IMG/VR virus record: IMGVR_UViG_3300021962_000035
Span: 57,824-121,823 of that record
Reading direction: 5' to 3' (one strand)
From: a virus
Length of the DNA: 64,000 bases
Of the stretch, positions 1 through 10,267 are shown in pieces. The notes beneath the pieces are model-generated. The model did no database searches. It was not told where the DNA came from and saw only the letters and a program-made list of their open reading frames with translations. Made by a program: the position numbers and the translations under genes. Numbering within the stretch: position 1 is the stretch's first letter; every line of letters begins with the position of its first letter.

Positions 1-56
1 TGCTCCGAGTCTAATGGCTCTTTTAAGAACCATATAGGACTTATACCCTTTGACAT
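1..56 (-). CDS. Partial CDS running off the left edge (MSKGISPIWFLKEPLDSE...), hypothetical protein
   Basis: Translated by hand from ATG at 56 (minus strand); open to position 1; a minus-strand AATATATA lies about 30 nt upstream (86-93). Not in the ORF track. Confidence 0.45.
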   Translation of the reverse strand, partial: MSKGISPIWFLKEPLDSE

Positions 57-117
57 CCCTATGTTATTTAGTTAATATACATAATTATATATTCTCTTCC
101 GTAAAAAATAAAAAATG

Positions 118-125
118 GATATATA
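118..125 (+). promoter_or_regulatory. GATATATA candidate late-promoter element
   Basis: Octamer 18 nt upstream of the 144 start; recurs upstream of many genes; analogous to T4 late TATAAATA (inference). Confidence 0.6.
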
Positions 126-143
126 GAAGAAAAACCTAACAAA

Positions 144-587
144 GTGGGAAGAATTTACGATTATTCTGCGTATAGCGCATCCAAAAAAGGAGGATCCAGA
201 GGTGACTATTCCTTCGGAAGCGAGCTAAAGTATTCTGAGATAGACTTGTTTAATAGACCCGAAGAATATGCAGACCTAGATGATGCTAAAGCTTTTATAG
301 AGTATAGCATAGATCTGATAGTAAAAAAATCTGGTATAGATGACTTTATATTTAATATAGATTCAATAGAACTAGAATTTAAGATTGATGATTACCCTAA
401 CGATCCTAAAGAATTTGATATTGATTTAATTCCTGGTAAAACTATAGATTACAGCCAACTTAATGCGGAAAAGCTTTCTTCTATTATACCTACCTACCCG
501 AATAATTTATCCATAGACATGAATAAATCTACGGACCCTAAGAATTTTAAAATTACCGCTTCCTTCGGAAGCGATTATGTTGACTAA
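144..587 (+). CDS. Hypothetical acidic protein
   Basis: 147 aa ORF, GTG start, preceded by GATATATA; no recognisable motif. Confidence 0.75.
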   Translation: MGRIYDYSAYSASKKGGSRGDYSFGSELKYSEIDLFNRPEEYADLDDAKAFIEYSIDLIVKKSGIDDFIFNIDSIELEFKIDDYPNDPKEFDIDLIPGKTIDYSQLNAEKLSSIIPTYPNNLSIDMNKSTDPKNFKITASFGSDYVD

Positions 588-588
588 T

Positions 589-1503
589 ATGGTACTCGGA
601 TTTAATGATTATCAGAGATCCAAAATAAACGAGAGCGGATCTTATGCTGTCCCCGGAATAAAGGATTCTTGGGGGAGTGGATATGTGATCTCCGTTGTAG
701 ATGCAACCGACGGAAAGGAACAGCCAAAAGATAAGATAATCATACCAAAGAAGAATGAAAAATCTATAGCTTTATGCTACGTAGACAATGACGGAAATCA
801 GTCTGAGTATGTGTGGATACCTATGGATGCTTGTTCAATGAAAAAATCCGATGTCGACGAAATAACTGAGATCCATCTGGATCCATACAAAAAGTGGATA
901 ACTTCAAGCGTGAATAAATCTAAGGTTGATGATTTAATTGAAGATTTTGCAGATCATTTGGAGACATCAAAAACCACAGGGCAAGAAAGAATAAAACAAA
1001 ATGCACAAGATGATGTAGAATTGCTAATGGATCTGATAGGTATACCTGGGTCCATAGAATCTTTCGAATCCTGCGGTGATTATATTTGGGATGCTAAACT
1101 GGACAACGGTATGTTGATCGAAATAACTAAAAGAAGCAAGGACGATCTTTTATCTAAATTTAAAATATATCTAAATGCTAGCGATCACCATCCTTGTGTT
1201 TACATAAATAACGATTCATTAGATAAGAAAACCTCATTCAAAATACCTGATATGAATGTAATCACCGTTCCCAAGGGATTTACTGAGGTAAAGAATCCTG
1301 ATCCTTACATAAAGTACCTTACCAGAAGATCTATGGATATCCACACTCCATCTGATCAAGAGTCCCTTTTCAAACACTTCCAGAACTTAATATCATCAGG
1401 TTCAGGGGACAAGGAATTATTGAAAGATATAGTTTCTCTGCTTTCCGAATTTATGGATAAAAGAGATGTTGAAGAAGCATCGGGAAGCATTAATCAAGAA
1501 TAA
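589..1503 (+). CDS. Hypothetical protein with capsid-targeting-like leader (putative internal head protein)
   Basis: ORF track 577..1503; ATG at 589 directly follows the upstream stop (585-587) and gives MVLGFNDYQRSKINE|SG. Confidence 0.75.
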   Translation: MVLGFNDYQRSKINESGSYAVPGIKDSWGSGYVISVVDATDGKEQPKDKIIIPKKNEKSIALCYVDNDGNQSEYVWIPMDACSMKKSDVDEITEIHLDPYKKWITSSVNKSKVDDLIEDFADHLETSKTTGQERIKQNAQDDVELLMDLIGIPGSIESFESCGDYIWDAKLDNGMLIEITKRSKDDLLSKFKIYLNASDHHPCVYINNDSLDKKTSFKIPDMNVITVPKGFTEVKNPDPYIKYLTRRSMDIHTPSDQESLFKHFQNLISSGSGDKELLKDIVSLLSEFMDKRDVEEASGSINQE

Positions 1504-1548
1504 TCTTAATAGCCGAAACAAAGACCTTTCACATTTCTACAATTAGAT

Positions 1549-1818
1549 ATGGAAATAGGCGAGGATTTTGTTTTACCCTATGGTGAAAGACTTATTTTAA
1601 GTAAACCATCTGGATATTCTGTCGTCGAATATTCCCGTCATCCGGATAAAGATCTTGATAATATAGTGGAAGTTTGGAAATACGATAAGAGGAAGGGCAA
1701 GAAAGGAGAAGCTTCCTGGATAATCCTTAAAGATCTGTATTCCAACATAAGATCTCTGAGAGAAGAATATACACAGCAAACGTTGGAAACAATCCCTAAA
1801 AAATCAGATAAAAAATAA
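1549..1818 (+). CDS. Hypothetical protein
   Basis: 89 aa ORF in operon-like spacing. Confidence 0.65.
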   Translation: MEIGEDFVLPYGERLILSKPSGYSVVEYSRHPDKDLDNIVEVWKYDKRKGKKGEASWIILKDLYSNIRSLREEYTQQTLETIPKKSDKK

Positions 1819-1822
1819 TGCT

Positions 1823-2467
1823 ATGGGGATATTTTCTTCATTATTTAAGAAAGATAAAAAAAAGAAAAAAATGGAAATAAACGAACAAACAATAAATGAT
1901 GCTCGTTCATATTACGGTGCACATGATTTTCAGTGGATTAAGGGGGATGACGCAGGAAATACTGAAATATTTAAAAACATATCCCTGAATGGAGATATCT
2001 CATTTATTGAATTTAATAGCGGTAAAAGAATAAACACGGAACTTCTGGAAGAATTTATGATAATGCTTCCAGCCCAACCAAAACCCGTTGAAATCCCTCA
2101 GCCTCAATATAATCCACCGGTTCAAACCCACCAGTCCACCGTTACCTCCATCATATATGACGATGCAAAAAATGCTCAAATTGATTCACCGATATATAAG
2201 TTACTGAAAAAGCAGAAAAAGAACATGGTCGAGGTTTCAATAAAGATAAAATTGAATCTTCCTCCTAAAGATCTTTACACTGTTCTTTCTGGCTCTTTTG
2301 AGGATGCAGAAAAGGAAATAATAGATTTTGTTTTGGATGGAGTTGATATAGAGAATATAAAAGCATCTCTATCCGATTCTATCAAAAAATCTTATTACAC
2401 TGACTCTAAACCGCAAGAGGGGGCAAAGAAAAGTACAAAACCACAAAAAGAAACCAATGAGCAATAA
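1823..2467 (+). CDS. Hypothetical protein
   Basis: 214 aa ORF; Pro/Gln-rich linker between two domains; alternative start at MEINEQ. Confidence 0.75.
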   Translation: MGIFSSLFKKDKKKKKMEINEQTINDARSYYGAHDFQWIKGDDAGNTEIFKNISLNGDISFIEFNSGKRINTELLEEFMIMLPAQPKPVEIPQPQYNPPVQTHQSTVTSIIYDDAKNAQIDSPIYKLLKKQKKNMVEVSIKIKLNLPPKDLYTVLSGSFEDAEKEIIDFVLDGVDIENIKASLSDSIKKSYYTDSKPQEGAKKSTKPQKETNEQ

Positions 2468-3044
2468 CGAAGAAAAAATATTGACATCCACCCCAAGATT
2501 TGATGTTATCGAAAGGGACGGAAAGGTTGGAATAAGATCCACTGTAGAATCTGTGATAATACTTCCCTTTGTCACAGATGATCAAGGCTTACCTCTAATG
2601 CTAGGAGTTCTTAAAGAAAAGAACCCTTTCAGAGAAGGAGGATATTCGGTTAGCTTGATATCAGGTACGTCAGAGGACGAGGATCCAGATTTTCTAGAGA
2701 CTGCAAAAAGAGAACTAAAGGAGGAATCTGGATTTGATGTTGAAGACAGTTCTAAGTGGTATTTTCTAGGAACAGTAACAGCTTCTAAAATGGTGGATGC
2801 CGAGCATCCGTGTTTTGCTGTAGATGTTACGGGAATAAATAAAGGTGAAGCGACAACTGATGGATCTGAACAGGAAAGACTTTCTGAATTTATTTTTATC
2901 CCTGCTAACGATGTGGTTAAAGCTAAGGATGTCTTTGTACCTGCAATATTTTTAAAACTTTTTAAATTTGTTGTTGGTATGGATCTTTATAATAGAGACG
3001 ATTCGACTTTTGGTAAATCAAAAGGATTTAGCGTAGAGATTTAA
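2457..3044 (+). CDS. NUDIX hydrolase
   Basis: Nudix box variant SGTSEDEDPDFLETAKRELKEESG (REUxEExG) and downstream WYFLG/F-x-A-x-D pattern typical of ADP-ribose pyrophosphatase-like enzymes. Confidence 0.88.
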   Translation: MSNNEEKILTSTPRFDVIERDGKVGIRSTVESVIILPFVTDDQGLPLMLGVLKEKNPFREGGYSVSLISGTSEDEDPDFLETAKRELKEESGFDVEDSSKWYFLGTVTASKMVDAEHPCFAVDVTGINKGEATTDGSEQERLSEFIFIPANDVVKAKDVFVPAIFLKLFKFVVGMDLYNRDDSTFGKSKGFSVEI

Positions 3045-3056
3045 AATTTTTTAAGA

Positions 3057-3344
3057 ATGCAAAATAGAAGAGAAAGAAGAAAACTTCTTAGACAGTTTGG
3101 TCTCCTTAAACCAAACAAATCAAATAAAGCTTTATCCGGTCTGAGCAACATAGAATCTGGTAAAGAACTTCATAGACAGAATCTCCAGGATATGAAGAAC
3201 CAAGAAATATTAAGAAACAAAATTCAGAATCCAGAATCTGTGGAAAATCATGAGATATTTTTCTATAGAAACGAATCCACAGACTATGGTAATTTCCAGT
3301 CGATGCTAATTAATAAAGACTGGGAAAATCTTGAAAATGATTGA
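3057..3344 (+). CDS. Hypothetical protein
   Basis: 95 aa ORF, basic N-terminus NRRERRK. Confidence 0.7.
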   Translation: MQNRRERRKLLRQFGLLKPNKSNKALSGLSNIESGKELHRQNLQDMKNQEILRNKIQNPESVENHEIFFYRNESTDYGNFQSMLINKDWENLEND

Positions 3345-3684
3345 TTTAGTAGAAATGTCCAAAAGGATTAGTGTAAATTTTTATATCTCCAGGCACTCTC
3401 CAAAGGAAGCTAGAAAGCGGTCCAGCTTTTCTAGTGATTTCTATGTGATCGATATCACCAAGATTATAAGGGATCTTGGATACGAGACAATCAGCATGAC
3501 CCCCGAATCTGAATTCATATTAAACCATTCAATTCGTAATAAAATAACTCAGGGAATATATAGTACGAAGTGTGATAGTATACTCGTTTGCTATAGAAAT
3601 ATGCCCTCTGATTTTAGAGACAATCTAGAAGATTTCCTTGAGGAGTTCGTAGACACAATCGAATATTCTATCCACAATTTGTAA
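3331..3684 (+). CDS. Hypothetical protein
   Basis: 117 aa alpha/beta-looking ORF overlapping the previous stop. Confidence 0.65.
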   Translation: MKMIDLVEMSKRISVNFYISRHSPKEARKRSSFSSDFYVIDITKIIRDLGYETISMTPESEFILNHSIRNKITQGIYSTKCDSILVCYRNMPSDFRDNLEDFLEEFVDTIEYSIHNL

Positions 3685-3704
3685 AAAAATTAGGATGATA
3701 GAAA

Positions 3705-5594
3705 ATGCCATCGTATAATAAGGAAGCTTTAGGTCTTCTTTGGGAAGCTTCCCGCCAAGGAACAGCCCAGGACATAGTTTCAGAAATGAGTAACCTGGGG
3801 TCCAATAACCCCTTTAAAGGACCAACTGCTAGGTCTCTCTTTTATGAGGCTGGAAGAAGAAATCCTGGTAAATATGGCCAATACCTATTCTATTCATTGG
3901 GTAGTGGTGGTAACGATTTTATCGATGCCTACTACAGATCGGAATCGCAAGACTATAACACTAGAGTTTCCTCTATAGAATCTAAAAATCCTAGCGCGGG
4001 TTTTTTAGTTAACGAGACTCTTACATTAGAAATGTCCAGTGATTTAAACACCGGAATCCTCAGTGGTCTTATTTCGGGATATGAAGGATCGATAGTAGGA
4101 GGATTATCTGCACCATATTACTGGAAAGATTTCCTTTATTGTAAACACTATGGAACCATTCCAAATAACTATATGATAACTCTTAGGAGATATCCAACCC
4201 CAGTTTTAGATAATTTATCCATACCAGCATACAAGAAAGATTTAAAAAGCACTGAAGCATACACAGCGGGCGGAGTTGGAAGACCTGTTGCTCAAGCGGT
4301 TACATGGTTCGGCGGTAACACCTCTAATACTTTAAGCTCGCTAATCGGATTCACAACTGGGATTCAATGGGATGGTGCCAATCAACCGGACGTAAAAACC
4401 CAAGAAGCCTTTACAAAGGGATTCTTCCAGGACGGACCGGTAAAATGGATCGGTGGAGCTTTGCAAAAAATATCAGATAAAGCGGGTAATGCTTTTGATA
4501 TTGGAGCTGCCATTTTTAATGGAGCTATTGCCGCAACAGACGTTGATGAAACACTAACCAAATCAATCAGAGCTAAGAATTTTAGAGATAATGCCAAAGA
4601 AAGGGGAGGACTTTTAGGTGAATATATTTGGGTTCCTGTTGACGTTGTTTCGAATGGATATAAAAGAGGCATGGGACTTACCTTTAGCTGGGATGCTCTG
4701 ACCATTGTGTTTGAATATGAACTAAGTTCTGTTGGAGAAGTTAACAGTAAGGCGGCACTTTTGGATATCATGGGTAATTTATTGTCCATTGGAACAAACT
4801 ATGGTAATTTTTTAACCCCCGATATTAGATACAATAATCAATTTCCAGCTATAGGATTTCCGGGAGGAGAAAAAGGACTTAATGATTTTTACAATGATCC
4901 TTTAGCTTGGATAACCACTTACGGTGCAAAGCTAGCAAATTTAACTGCTGGTTCTAGCTCATCCGAAAGTCAAGACCAAGGAAGCGAACCGGAAACCATC
5001 GGTGGAGCTGGGGATCAATTTTCTTCCGATCAATTAAATGCCATAAGAGATATTTATACAAAAATAGGTAAGGGAACGGGAAGTCTAACAGAAGCTTTAG
5101 CACAATTGAAGAGTACTCTTGGTGACGACGCTTCTAGATTATTGAAATTTGCAGTGACCTCTGAATTTCTTTCCAGTTTCCAAGAGCCTGTGAGCTTTTT
5201 GACTGGAGCACCAATAGGGGAATGGCATTTGACTATCGGTAATCCATGTAACCCTATAGCAATGATAGGTAATCTAATTTGTGATGGGGTTTCTATAGAA
5301 TTTGGTGATGTACTAGGACCTGATGATTTCCCTACTACTTTAAAAGCCACCTTCACTTTAAAACACGCTAGAGATAGGGAGAGAGGGGAGATAGAAAGTA
5401 TATTCAACCGAGGTGATGGAAGACTTTATCAGACCGCACAACCCACCTCTGCAAATCAACAAAGCTTTGATGCTGTTTCTGATGTTAACGGTAACAGATT
5501 CAGCGAAGAATATGTTAACCAGGCTTTAAACGGAGGAGCTTGGGGTTCACAACTTGATGGATTGGGTGATCAGCAAGGCCCAACAAATCCCTAA
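3705..5594 (+). CDS. Baseplate/tail-tube initiator-like protein (gp48/gp54-type tube fold)
   Basis: C-terminal WHLTIGNPCNPIAMIGNLICDGVSIEFG...FPTTLKATFTLK pattern resembles tube-fold proteins; directly upstream of gp53/gp27-like genes. Confidence 0.55.
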   Translation: MPSYNKEALGLLWEASRQGTAQDIVSEMSNLGSNNPFKGPTARSLFYEAGRRNPGKYGQYLFYSLGSGGNDFIDAYYRSESQDYNTRVSSIESKNPSAGFLVNETLTLEMSSDLNTGILSGLISGYEGSIVGGLSAPYYWKDFLYCKHYGTIPNNYMITLRRYPTPVLDNLSIPAYKKDLKSTEAYTAGGVGRPVAQAVTWFGGNTSNTLSSLIGFTTGIQWDGANQPDVKTQEAFTKGFFQDGPVKWIGGALQKISDKAGNAFDIGAAIFNGAIAATDVDETLTKSIRAKNFRDNAKERGGLLGEYIWVPVDVVSNGYKRGMGLTFSWDALTIVFEYELSSVGEVNSKAALLDIMGNLLSIGTNYGNFLTPDIRYNNQFPAIGFPGGEKGLNDFYNDPLAWITTYGAKLANLTAGSSSSESQDQGSEPETIGGAGDQFSSDQLNAIRDIYTKIGKGTGSLTEALAQLKSTLGDDASRLLKFAVTSEFLSSFQEPVSFLTGAPIGEWHLTIGNPCNPIAMIGNLICDGVSIEFGDVLGPDDFPTTLKATFTLKHARDRERGEIESIFNRGDGRLYQTAQPTSANQQSFDAVSDVNGNRFSEEYVNQALNGGAWGSQLDGLGDQQGPTNP

Positions 5595-5612
5595 ATAAAA
5601 TAAATCAATAAA

Positions 5613-6200
5613 ATGGCACTGGAAATAGATACACTGACCAATAATAAAAGAATATTCAATCCGGATAGCACTTTAAATTCTACCGGTAGCTATGGAGTAT
5701 GGGATCTCACTAAAGCTTCCATGACTTATAATAATGTCTCTGTACAGATAAAAACATTTTTTGCAGTAACTGAGTACTATCAGATGAGACCTGATATCAT
5801 AGCTGCTATTAAGCTGGGTGATCAAGGAATGGTTGGGTCCTTGTTAAAATTCAATAGCGTAAGTAATCCTTTTGCTGTCAAGGAAGGCACTGTCTTTGCA
5901 ATACCTGAATCATCAACTGTACAGGAGAGCTTTAGAACAAAACAAATTAAAGATCAAACGGCCGTTAGTTCGAATACGAACACAAATCCAAATAACGTGT
6001 TTAAGAAAAACCAAGAACAGAAAAAATTCAAGGTTAGCGAGGGTAGGAAAAAATATTTGCAGGACAAAGTAAAAAATAAGCCTGCAATGGATTTACCGCC
6101 TAATGTTCTTCAACCAGGGGAGAAAGTAATAGATAAAAAGAACGGATTCTTCATATTTGCACCTGATGCAGGTGGAGGAGGATTCAATACACCTCAGTAA
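5613..6200 (+). CDS. Baseplate wedge protein, gp53/LysM-like
   Basis: YYQMRPDIIAAIKLG...LLKFNSVSNPFAVKEGTVFAIP matches the gp53/LysM-like RPDxI...NxIxNPF pattern. Confidence 0.75.
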   Translation: MALEIDTLTNNKRIFNPDSTLNSTGSYGVWDLTKASMTYNNVSVQIKTFFAVTEYYQMRPDIIAAIKLGDQGMVGSLLKFNSVSNPFAVKEGTVFAIPESSTVQESFRTKQIKDQTAVSSNTNTNPNNVFKKNQEQKKFKVSEGRKKYLQDKVKNKPAMDLPPNVLQPGEKVIDKKNGFFIFAPDAGGGGFNTPQ

Positions 6201-6210
6201 ATCTATATAA

Positions 6211-7755
6211 ATGGGTAGAGATTCAATAAACATAGTAAACGTAGCTCTAAATAACATGAAGCTAGACGAGGCAATCCAAGTGGATTACTCGAATGGTGCT
6301 AGTGATATACAGTCTCTTAGAAATTCTGGAGAAACTGACGAAAAGCTAACTGGTCTAAATGTTCCTTTTCTTACAATAAACGGTTATAGTGTAACAAATT
6401 TCTTAACAAGATTCAATCTGGATTTGGGTGGATTTATACCAACTGTAAGATTCTCGTTCATAGCAGTTGAAAGTGTTTTTATATCTAACAACTACCCAAA
6501 GGACGGAGATATAGTTTCTCTTTATATGAGAGCACCCGGAGATTACTATAAACCGATTAGAATGGACTTCAATATACTAGATGTTGTCAGCGAGGTTTCT
6601 AGTACTTATTCAGAAACTGGTTCAGATCCTGATGGAAAGGGAATAAATTTGAGATTCACTATAGTAGCTGAATGTAGAATTCCTGGACTTTACACGGAGA
6701 GAATAAAGTCTTTTGCTAATATGAATTCCCATGATGCTTTATTGGAGATTTCACAAGATCTTAATTTGGGATTCTCGACAAATGAAGGTTCACCTGACGA
6801 TAAGATGACATGGCTATGTCCAAACTATTCATATTACGATCTTATAAGGGAAATTACTTTAAGCGCATATAAAGATGACGAGTCTAGTTTTTTCGATTGC
6901 TGGATAGATCCTTATTATAATCTCAATTTTATTAATATGGGTTCCCAGTTTGAATTTGACAGGGATCCAAAATGGCAGGCAAGAATAGTTCCGGGATATA
7001 CGTCAGCTGGTGTCAAAGTGGATAGCGCTATACCAGGAGCACCAACACCAGAAAATAAAACTTTGCCATTAGTTCTAACTAATATGGCTGGATTTGGAGT
7101 TGTACCATATTTTATAAACGGCTACACCTTAACATCAAGGGCTGGTACTAACACCAACGCCTCAGGTTATGTAACTGATATAGGATTCTATGACGAGTTA
7201 TTAGAAACCAACGATCCCACCGAAAAATACGTTACGTATTCTATGGAATCCATAACTCCGGAGACGATCGGGATCGGTTCGATACTTCAGAAAGGTAGAG
7301 CTAGAGATAATGAATATAAAGAAGAAAAAAGGAGACAGTGGATGGGTGTTTTGAACACCGACGGAGTACACAAGAATTATTATCATGCTAGACTGCAGAA
7401 CACAATAAACATGAATGACTGCACTAAGCTAACCTTGGAGGTCGAGCTTACTGATTTTTTCCCGGGTCTTTATAGAGGACAAGTTATCCCCGTCGGAATT
7501 TATGTTTTTACTCAAGGAACAAGACAACAAAATGTAGGGAATATGCCTAACGGTCAGCCTAATACTTCTGCTGCTCCCACAAAGGATGAATTCCTTTCTG
7601 GAAATTATGTGATAGTCTCTATGTCCATAAAATGGAGTATTAGTTCTGGCGGAATGAAACACTATCTGACATTGGCAAAAAGAACTTGGACAGCAAACTC
7701 TTCTGGACCTATACCTAAGGCTTTCCCTATCTCAGCTATAAAGAAGCTATTTTAA
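6211..7755 (+). CDS. Baseplate hub protein, gp27/VgrG-like
   Basis: Late-control-D-like layout: DKMTWLCPN, WIDPYYNLNF, C-terminal LSGNYVIVSMSIKW...HYLTLAKR; lies between gp53-like and gp5-like genes. Confidence 0.7.
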   Translation: MGRDSINIVNVALNNMKLDEAIQVDYSNGASDIQSLRNSGETDEKLTGLNVPFLTINGYSVTNFLTRFNLDLGGFIPTVRFSFIAVESVFISNNYPKDGDIVSLYMRAPGDYYKPIRMDFNILDVVSEVSSTYSETGSDPDGKGINLRFTIVAECRIPGLYTERIKSFANMNSHDALLEISQDLNLGFSTNEGSPDDKMTWLCPNYSYYDLIREITLSAYKDDESSFFDCWIDPYYNLNFINMGSQFEFDRDPKWQARIVPGYTSAGVKVDSAIPGAPTPENKTLPLVLTNMAGFGVVPYFINGYTLTSRAGTNTNASGYVTDIGFYDELLETNDPTEKYVTYSMESITPETIGIGSILQKGRARDNEYKEEKRRQWMGVLNTDGVHKNYYHARLQNTINMNDCTKLTLEVELTDFFPGLYRGQVIPVGIYVFTQGTRQQNVGNMPNGQPNTSAAPTKDEFLSGNYVIVSMSIKWSISSGGMKHYLTLAKRTWTANSSGPIPKAFPISAIKKLF

Positions 7756-7762
7756 AAGATGA

Positions 7763-7770
7763 GATAAATA
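7763..7770 (+). promoter_or_regulatory. GATAAATA variant of the candidate late promoter
   Basis: Intergenic, 20 nt upstream of ATG 7791; one mismatch to GATATATA. Confidence 0.45.
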
Positions 7771-7790
7771 CAATAAACTAAAACAGATTA

Positions 7791-10265
7791 ATGTCATTCG
7801 GAGCAACAGATCAACTAAGGAGTCTTTTCCTAAAGGGCTTTAAACTATCCAAACAAGGAAACTACGAGGATCCAACATATCTTGGATTTAAAATAGTGGT
7901 TGATTTTGGTGCTCTACCAGTCAGAGCTGATGATGGGCTTCCGCCTAGCCCGCTTTTCAGAGAGACAAGTTATATAAATAACGATTTTTTCGGTAACAAT
8001 CCTTTTGGTCAAGCCCAGTATTCGTACAGAACTCAGCCTAACGGAAACATATCATTTCATTCAGCAATATCTTATTTAAGAGAAAGAGAAGCACAGTTTC
8101 CCAGAGGCGGAAAGAGATCCGATATGTTAATCCAATTTAAAAATAGTTTTAGTGATCTCCTTAATAATTCACCTTGGTTTATTCAATCAATTAGCGGATT
8201 AGACCAATTGCCTTTAGTTTCGAGAAAGGGTTTTGCAGTTGAAGCAAATACAGAATTCAGTCCTCAGAGGACACAAGGGAAGGCTTTGGAATTTACCACT
8301 CTAGAATCTTTGAATTTAAGAATGACCGCTCTAGCGGATCTTTACAATCAAGCAACTTTCGATTATGATAATATGCGTGAACTTGTTCCTAGAAATCTTA
8401 GAAAGTTTACGATGTATATTTTCGTTTCGGAGATTCGTAATTTCTTTAAGACGTCTAGATTAATAGGTTCATCTGCAGCCCTAACTGCAATAGATAATAT
8501 AGCTACTCTTCTTGGATCAGGAAACAACCCTGGTACAAATGTTGGTGACGTAGCGGGAGAACAGAATAGCGAATATAACGGAGGTTCTTCGAACACCAAT
8601 CCTGCTAGTGCTTTTAATTCCTTTGTTGGTAATGTTTTAAATGGGGCTGGTGTTGATAATGACTTATCGATGCTCAGAAACCAGCAAGATCAGAGCGGAA
8701 TAAAACCAGTTATAGTTTTTGAGTGTAGAAATTGTGAGTTTGATTTTAGCGAAAGCACCCCGATACCTAGTGAAATAAACCCCGGTACAGATAGTGCAAC
8801 TCCGGTATCCCAAAAATTCAGAGTTATTGTTGGAAGGGTTAGGGTTAGAACTCAATATCCCAATATCAGGCAGGATGAAAAGCCTTTGATACTTGGTGAT
8901 AGCTGGGACGCTGCTAGATCTTCGGTACAGAGAAACCCTAACAATCTAGGAAATGATTTGCTTTCTATTGGTGGCGAGCTTCTAACTAATTTTTTAAGTA
9001 ATTCTTTAAATGATCTAATAAATGAGGGAGTTGCTAATTTCATTAAGCCCAATGTTGCAGGACTGGACACACTAGCTCTTGGTAATATCTATAGCTTGAA
9101 TCCTTCACAGGTATTAGGAAATCTTTCCTTCAACACTGCACAGCAGTTTTTGGACCAGCTAGGAAACATAAATCCCGGATTCAAAGAAACTAATTTACCA
9201 AATCCACAAACAACTGGACTTGGAGGTCCACCTCAAAGGGTTTATCCTGGAATTAACGATGACGTCTACACTAGGGTTCCTGGATCTGATCTGGGGGTAA
9301 GCTCTATAGCAGGTGTACAGGGAAGAGTCTACACTAAACCTACAGGAGACAACTATCCGGGTGTTCCTGGTCAGGATCTGGGGGTTCCTCAGAGAGTTTA
9401 CGTCGAGCCTAAGGGAGATGCTTATGGCGATGTTCCGGGAAAAGATCTGGGAGTTCCCGATAGGGTTTATCCAGCTCCTGTTGGAGACGCGTATGATGAA
9501 GTACCGGGAGCAGATCTTGGAGTTCCCGATAGGGTTTATCCAGCTCCGGGCGGAGACGCGTATGCGGACGTACCTGGTCAGGATTTAGGTGTTCCCCAAA
9601 GGGTTTATCCAGCTCCGGGCGGAGACGCGTATGCGGACGTACCCGGGCAGGATCTGGGAGTTCCTCAAAGGGTTTATCCAGCTCCGAGCGGAGACGCTTA
9701 CGGGAATGTTCCAGGAAGCGATTTAGGCGTGCCTAGCAGAACTTATCCGCAAATCCAAGATGATGTATACAAAAACGTTCCGGGCACAGATTTGGGTGTT
9801 CCTACACGTTCTTATGGTAAAATACAGGATGATGTGTACAAGTCAGTACCTGGTCAGGATCTAGGAGCTCCTGATAGAAGTTATAAGCCTGCAGACGGTA
9901 AAGTTTATCCTGATGCAAATAACGATCAAGCACCTCTTAATACTCAAAAAGTTTATCCCGATTCTGTAAAAACTTCTACTAATTCTCAGATAGAACCTGC
10001 TCCGGTATATTCACAAACCCAGAAGATCAGTTCTAACGGGGAACTTAGAGATCCATCAAACACATTCACCACACAGCCAAATGCTGTTTATCCAAAGGTA
10101 GATCAGGTTAATAGAAAATCCAGGGGGGAAATCGGAAAGGCTTACCCTCAGACAACCGGAGATTTTATAGTTGAAGCCCCACTAAATTTAGGAAATTTAA
10201 AGCCAGAAGGTAAGTATAATATCAGTACAGGCGGATTAAACCCGGAGCCTGAAAAGTTTGAATAA
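7791..10265 (+). CDS. Tail tube-fold/baseplate protein with C-terminal 23-aa tandem repeats
   Basis: N-terminal PWFIQSISGLD...TLESLNLRMTALADLY...RKFTMYIFVSEIR tube-like domain; repeat region in the C-terminal third. Confidence 0.55.
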   Translation: MSFGATDQLRSLFLKGFKLSKQGNYEDPTYLGFKIVVDFGALPVRADDGLPPSPLFRETSYINNDFFGNNPFGQAQYSYRTQPNGNISFHSAISYLREREAQFPRGGKRSDMLIQFKNSFSDLLNNSPWFIQSISGLDQLPLVSRKGFAVEANTEFSPQRTQGKALEFTTLESLNLRMTALADLYNQATFDYDNMRELVPRNLRKFTMYIFVSEIRNFFKTSRLIGSSAALTAIDNIATLLGSGNNPGTNVGDVAGEQNSEYNGGSSNTNPASAFNSFVGNVLNGAGVDNDLSMLRNQQDQSGIKPVIVFECRNCEFDFSESTPIPSEINPGTDSATPVSQKFRVIVGRVRVRTQYPNIRQDEKPLILGDSWDAARSSVQRNPNNLGNDLLSIGGELLTNFLSNSLNDLINEGVANFIKPNVAGLDTLALGNIYSLNPSQVLGNLSFNTAQQFLDQLGNINPGFKETNLPNPQTTGLGGPPQRVYPGINDDVYTRVPGSDLGVSSIAGVQGRVYTKPTGDNYPGVPGQDLGVPQRVYVEPKGDAYGDVPGKDLGVPDRVYPAPVGDAYDEVPGADLGVPDRVYPAPGGDAYADVPGQDLGVPQRVYPAPGGDAYADVPGQDLGVPQRVYPAPSGDAYGNVPGSDLGVPSRTYPQIQDDVYKNVPGTDLGVPTRSYGKIQDDVYKSVPGQDLGAPDRSYKPADGKVYPDANNDQAPLNTQKVYPDSVKTSTNSQIEPAPVYSQTQKISSNGELRDPSNTFTTQPNAVYPKVDQVNRKSRGEIGKAYPQTTGDFIVEAPLNLGNLKPEGKYNISTGGLNPEPEKFE
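9231..9915 (+). repeat. In-frame 69-bp (23-aa) tandem repeat, about 9 full units plus a degenerate unit
   Basis: Consensus PxRVYPAPxGDAYxxVPGxDLGV; two central units are identical in protein and near-identical in DNA; locally GC-rich. Confidence 0.92.
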
Positions 10266-10267
10266 TT

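Noticed and set aside
3331-3684. Possible degenerate P-loop kinase fold
   Set aside because: No Walker A motif; the resemblance is too weak to call.
9231-9915. 69-bp periodic DNA as a possible CRISPR array
   Set aside because: Units are in-frame coding repeats with synonymous variation; no constant repeat/unique spacer structure and no cas genes.
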